From assembly GCA_041640655.1 (NCBI GenBank), contig JBEPZV010000069.1, positions 1-10,072 on the forward strand: a DNA stretch of 10,072 nt, read 5' to 3'. A model generated the notes under the pieces. It saw nothing but the letters and a program-made list of their open reading frames with translations. It searched no databases and was not told the DNA's origin. The stretch comes from a bacterium. GTDB taxonomy: Bacteria > Acidobacteriota > Blastocatellia > HR10. This document shows, one piece after another, positions 7,078-10,072 of the stretch. Position 1 is the first letter of the stretch. Each line of letters starts with the position of its first letter. A program made the translations under genes and the position numbers.

Positions 7078-8076
7078 CTATGGTGATGTGATCGTCCGCC
7101 AAAGGCTCCCATCGCTCACAGCCCAGAGGCGGATCGCGCGATCCGATCCACTGGATGCCAGCAGCGCCCCATCCGGGGAGAACGCGACATCGAAGACGCT
7201 CCCCGCATGAGCGGGAATCGTCTGAACAAGCGCGCCATCGGAGAGGCGCCAGAGCCGAACCGTTCGATCCTCGCTCGCCGACGCCAAGAGCGCTCCGTCG
7301 GGAGAGAAGGCCAACGCGTTCACGGCCCCCTCATGCCCTTCGAGCACCATGACGAGCGTCCGCGCCCGCCGGTTCCAGATCTTGATCGCGCGATCAGCGC
7401 CTGCCGACGCCAGCCATTCCCCATCTGGGGAGAGCGCGAGGGCGAGGATACGCTCATCGTGAGCCGCGAGCACCTCGAGCGCGCGCCCGTCGGGAAATTG
7501 CCAGAAACGGATCGTGCCGTCGAATCCGGCGGAGATCAGCTCGCGCTCATCGGGCGTCAGCACGAGCGCCTCCACGCGATTTCGATGTCCGCGGAGAATC
7601 CGCAGCGCCGGATTCTCCGCCACGCGCCAGATGCGAATATCGCGATCCGTGCTGGCCGATGCCATCAGCGCCTCATCGGCCGTGAACACGATCGCATTGA
7701 TGCCCATCTGATGTCCGACCTGCGTCATGACGAGTTGGCCGTCGGAGACGCGATGGAGATGGAAATTCTCATCGAGGCTCCCGGAGGCCAGCAATGCTCC
7801 GGAAGGAGAGAAGGTGACGAACATGGTCGGCCCAATATGTCCTCCGAAGGTCCGCACGAGGCCTCCATCGGCGACGCGGAAGAGCAAGACCCACCCATAC
7901 TCTCCGGTCGTGGCGATGAGCTGACCATCGGGCGAGAACGCGAGGCTCCGACCGGTGATGATGGCCCGGAGTTGCGGAGACGGCCGAGCCGCCGTTCTGA
8001 ACTCCCCGAGATCCCCCGACGCCACGGCGAACACCACGACGAGCCCCAGGTATCGCGCGATGCACCGATCTCGCAT
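7078..8076 (-). CDS. Stand-alone WD40-repeat beta-propeller protein (7 repeats) with predicted N-terminal signal/anchor
   Basis: Seven repeats of about 42 aa of the form GH/AH...V..LAFSPDG..LAS.S.D..IR.W. The N-terminus is basic then hydrophobic (RYLGLVVVFAVAS). SD AGGAGG/GGAGG upstream on the minus strand. Confidence 0.93.
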   Translation of the reverse strand: MRDRCIARYLGLVVVFAVASGDLGEFRTAARPSPQLRAIITGRSLAFSPDGQLIATTGEYGWVLLFRVADGGLVRTFGGHIGPTMFVTFSPSGALLASGSLDENFHLHRVSDGQLVMTQVGHQMGINAIVFTADEALMASASTDRDIRIWRVAENPALRILRGHRNRVEALVLTPDERELISAGFDGTIRFWQFPDGRALEVLAAHDERILALALSPDGEWLASAGADRAIKIWNRRARTLVMVLEGHEGAVNALAFSPDGALLASASEDRTVRLWRLSDGALVQTIPAHAGSVFDVAFSPDGALLASSGSDRAIRLWAVSDGSLWRTITSP

Positions 8077-8115
8077 ATCCTCCGCCTCCTTTCAGCCTCT
8101 CTCGATGAGCCCCCA

Positions 8116-8144
8116 AGCTTAAAGAGCGGGACGCGCGCCGTCAA
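8116..8144 (-). promoter_or_regulatory. Sigma-70-type promoter for the WD40 gene
   Basis: Minus strand TTGACG (8144-8139), 17 bp spacer, TAAGCT (8121-8116), about 40 nt upstream of the ATG at 8076. Confidence 0.65.
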
Positions 8145-8182
8145 CCTGACGGCTCTCCCTCGGAGGGGGTGACGCCCATCTG

Positions 8183-8212
8183 TTGTGAAGGGGGAAGAGG
8201 TGAGGATACAAT
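8183..8212 (+). promoter_or_regulatory. Sigma-70-type promoter for polA
   Basis: TTGTGA (8183-8188), 18 bp spacer, TACAAT (8207-8212). ATG at 8222. Confidence 0.55.
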
Positions 8213-8221
8213 AGAAGCCTT

Positions 8222-10072
8222 ATGAAGCAGCGCGTGTTCCTCGTGGATGGCATGTCCAACATCTTCCGCGCGTACTATGCGATTCGCGGCCTGGCGACCT
8301 CGCGCGGCTTCCCTACGAACGCCATCTATGGTTTCACGACCATGCTCCGCAAGCTCATCCTGGAGGAGAAGCCGGAGTATCTCGCCGTCGTCTTCGACAC
8401 AGGGGAGCCGACGTTCCGGCACGAGGTCTTCCCCGAGTACAAGGCCAACCGCACGGAGATGCCCGATGATCTCGCGCTGCAAATCCCCTACATCCACCGC
8501 GTGTGCGAGGCGCTGGGCGTTCCTGTCCTCGCCATCTCTGGCTACGAGGCCGACGACGTCATCGGTACGCTCGCCCGACGGGCTGCCGAGCAGGGCCTGG
8601 ATGTCGTCATCGTCTCCAACGATAAAGACCTCTGCCAACTCGTGAGCGAGAACATTCGCATCCTCAGGGCTGATCGCCAGACCTACGTCTATCTCGACGA
8701 GAAGGGAGTCCAAGAGCGCTTGGGCGTCAGACCGGATCAGGTCGTGGACCTCCTCGCGCTTTGGGGGGACTCAACGGATAACATTCCTGGAGCTCCGGGC
8801 ATCGGGGAGAAGGGAGCCGTGCAACTCATCCGTCAGTTCGGCTCGCTGGAACAAGTGCTCGCCAATTGGGAGAAGGTCGAGAAGAGATCGTATCGGGAAT
8901 CGCTGCGCGATCACCGCGACCTCATCCTCACCTCGCGCGAGCTGGTGACGATCCGAACCGATCTCCCCCTGGACATCGAGTTGGACCGCCTCCGATACCG
9001 GGGGCCTGATCCGCGCCGCACGTATGAGTTGTTCACCGAACTGGAATTCACCTCTCTGCTCAAGGATCTCGTGGACGTGGAGAAGCTCACGGCCGAACGG
9101 GCGGCGGCGGTCGTGGCGAGAGAAGCAGTCGGAGATTACCTTCAGATCTCCGACGAACGCGCGCTCCGGAAATGGATGGACCGCATCTGGGCGGCGGACC
9201 GCTTCGCCTTCGCGCTCTCCTGGACGGAGGAGGGCGCGCGCGGCATCGCCATGGCGATCGAACCTCGCGCGGCCGCCTACGTGGACCTGACGACGTGGCC
9301 AGCGGCGTGGGAGATGGTGCGAGAGATCCTCGAGAACGGATTGATCGCCAAGTGCACGCATGATGCGAAATCGGCATTGAAAGTCTTCGCCGAGCGGGGA
9401 ATCGCCCCGGAAGGGACGCTCGAGGACGTCATGATCGCCGCGTGGCTCCTCAATCCGAATCGCGGCAAGTACGACCTCCGTACGCTCGCCCGCGAACATC
9501 TGCGGATCGAGTGGGATGACGCTCCCGATTCCTGGAGGGCGAGCGCGCGAGAGGCGGACGTGATCCTCCGCCTCAACGGTGTGCTCGCGAAGCGACTGGC
9601 CGAGCTGGAGCTGGAGCGCGTCTACCGGGAGATCGAGCTCCCGCTCATCGGCATCCTCGCCGAGATGGAGCGGATCGGCGTGCGGGTGGACGTGGACGCG
9701 CTGCGCGAGGCCTCGGAAGAGCTGGAGCGGGAGATCGAAGCGCTCACACGACGCATCCATCACGTGGCTGGGCGCGAATTCAACATCAACTCCCCGCAGC
9801 AAGTGGGAGAAGTCCTGGAGGCGCACGGGCTGGTCGTCACGCGGCGGACGAAGAAGACCGGGCGCATCTCGACCAGCGCCGATGTGCTCGAGGAGCTGGC
9901 TGAAGAGCACGAGCTACCCCGCCTCATCCTCGAATATCGCGAATTGGTGAAACTGAAGAGCACCTACATTGATGCCCTTCCTCGACTCGTGAATCCGACG
10001 ACTGGACGTGTGCATACGACGTTCAATCAGACGGGGACGGCGACGGGGCGACTCTCCTCGGCCTCCCCCAAC
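8222..10072 (+). CDS. polA: DNA polymerase I, 3'-truncated by the window edge (absent from the ORF track because it has no stop codon in the window)
   Basis: Manual translation gives MKQRVFLVDGMSNIFRAYYAI...PTNAIYGF..., FRHEVFPEYKANR, GYEADDVIGTL, VSNDKDL and GDSTDNIPGAPGIGEKGA (5' nuclease domain). These are followed by IELPLIGILAEME, FNINSPQQV, EYRELVKLKSTYIDAL and RVHTTFNQTGTATGRLSS (polymerase domain). Confidence 0.98.
   Translation, partial: MKQRVFLVDGMSNIFRAYYAIRGLATSRGFPTNAIYGFTTMLRKLILEEKPEYLAVVFDTGEPTFRHEVFPEYKANRTEMPDDLALQIPYIHRVCEALGVPVLAISGYEADDVIGTLARRAAEQGLDVVIVSNDKDLCQLVSENIRILRADRQTYVYLDEKGVQERLGVRPDQVVDLLALWGDSTDNIPGAPGIGEKGAVQLIRQFGSLEQVLANWEKVEKRSYRESLRDHRDLILTSRELVTIRTDLPLDIELDRLRYRGPDPRRTYELFTELEFTSLLKDLVDVEKLTAERAAAVVAREAVGDYLQISDERALRKWMDRIWAADRFAFALSWTEEGARGIAMAIEPRAAAYVDLTTWPAAWEMVREILENGLIAKCTHDAKSALKVFAERGIAPEGTLEDVMIAAWLLNPNRGKYDLRTLAREHLRIEWDDAPDSWRASAREADVILRLNGVLAKRLAELELERVYREIELPLIGILAEMERIGVRVDVDALREASEELEREIEALTRRIHHVAGREFNINSPQQVGEVLEAHGLVVTRRTKKTGRISTSADVLEELAEEHELPRLILEYRELVKLKSTYIDALPRLVNPTTGRVHTTFNQTGTATGRLSSASPN

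Noticed and set aside
7207..8172. 321-aa + strand ORF with repetitive character
   Set aside because: It is the antisense mirror of the WD40 gene, and its periodicity derives from the WD40 repeats.
8771..9910. 379-aa minus-strand ORF (likewise 8141-8713)
   Set aside because: Antisense shadows of polA, which has unambiguous motifs on the + strand.
1..10072. CRISPR array, tRNA/rRNA, IS element, prophage or defence system
   Set aside because: No regularly spaced repeats, RNA gene signatures, or transposase, integrase or defence nuclease motifs were seen by eye.

Overview
High-GC bacterial chromosomal window, probably Acidobacteriota (inferred from an Acidobacterial-type secreted VWFA protein and an OmpA-like coiled-coil protein with a 'YVFWAVTPEG..ENIGE' N-terminal domain). 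Gene order: 5'-truncated sigma-54 enhancer-binding regulator (+), archaemetzincin zinc protease (+), convergent secreted pentaheme c-type cytochrome (-), divergent sodium:solute symporter (+), secreted VWA protein (+) translationally coupled to a DUF4398-like/coiled-coil/OmpA-like protein (+), convergent stand-alone 7-repeat WD40 protein (-), and 3'-truncated polA (+), which the ORF track missed. The main points of interest are: (1) a near-consensus sigma-54 promoter with candidate tandem enhancer sites driving the cytochrome, next to a sigma-54 activator and an archaemetzincin; (2) an OmpA-like domain lacking its canonical peptidoglycan-binding residues; (3) a Pol I with a degenerate 3'-5' proofreading domain; (4) -10 boxes very close to SD-less start codons, suggesting near-leaderless mRNAs. 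No CRISPR array, tRNA, rRNA or transposase was seen.
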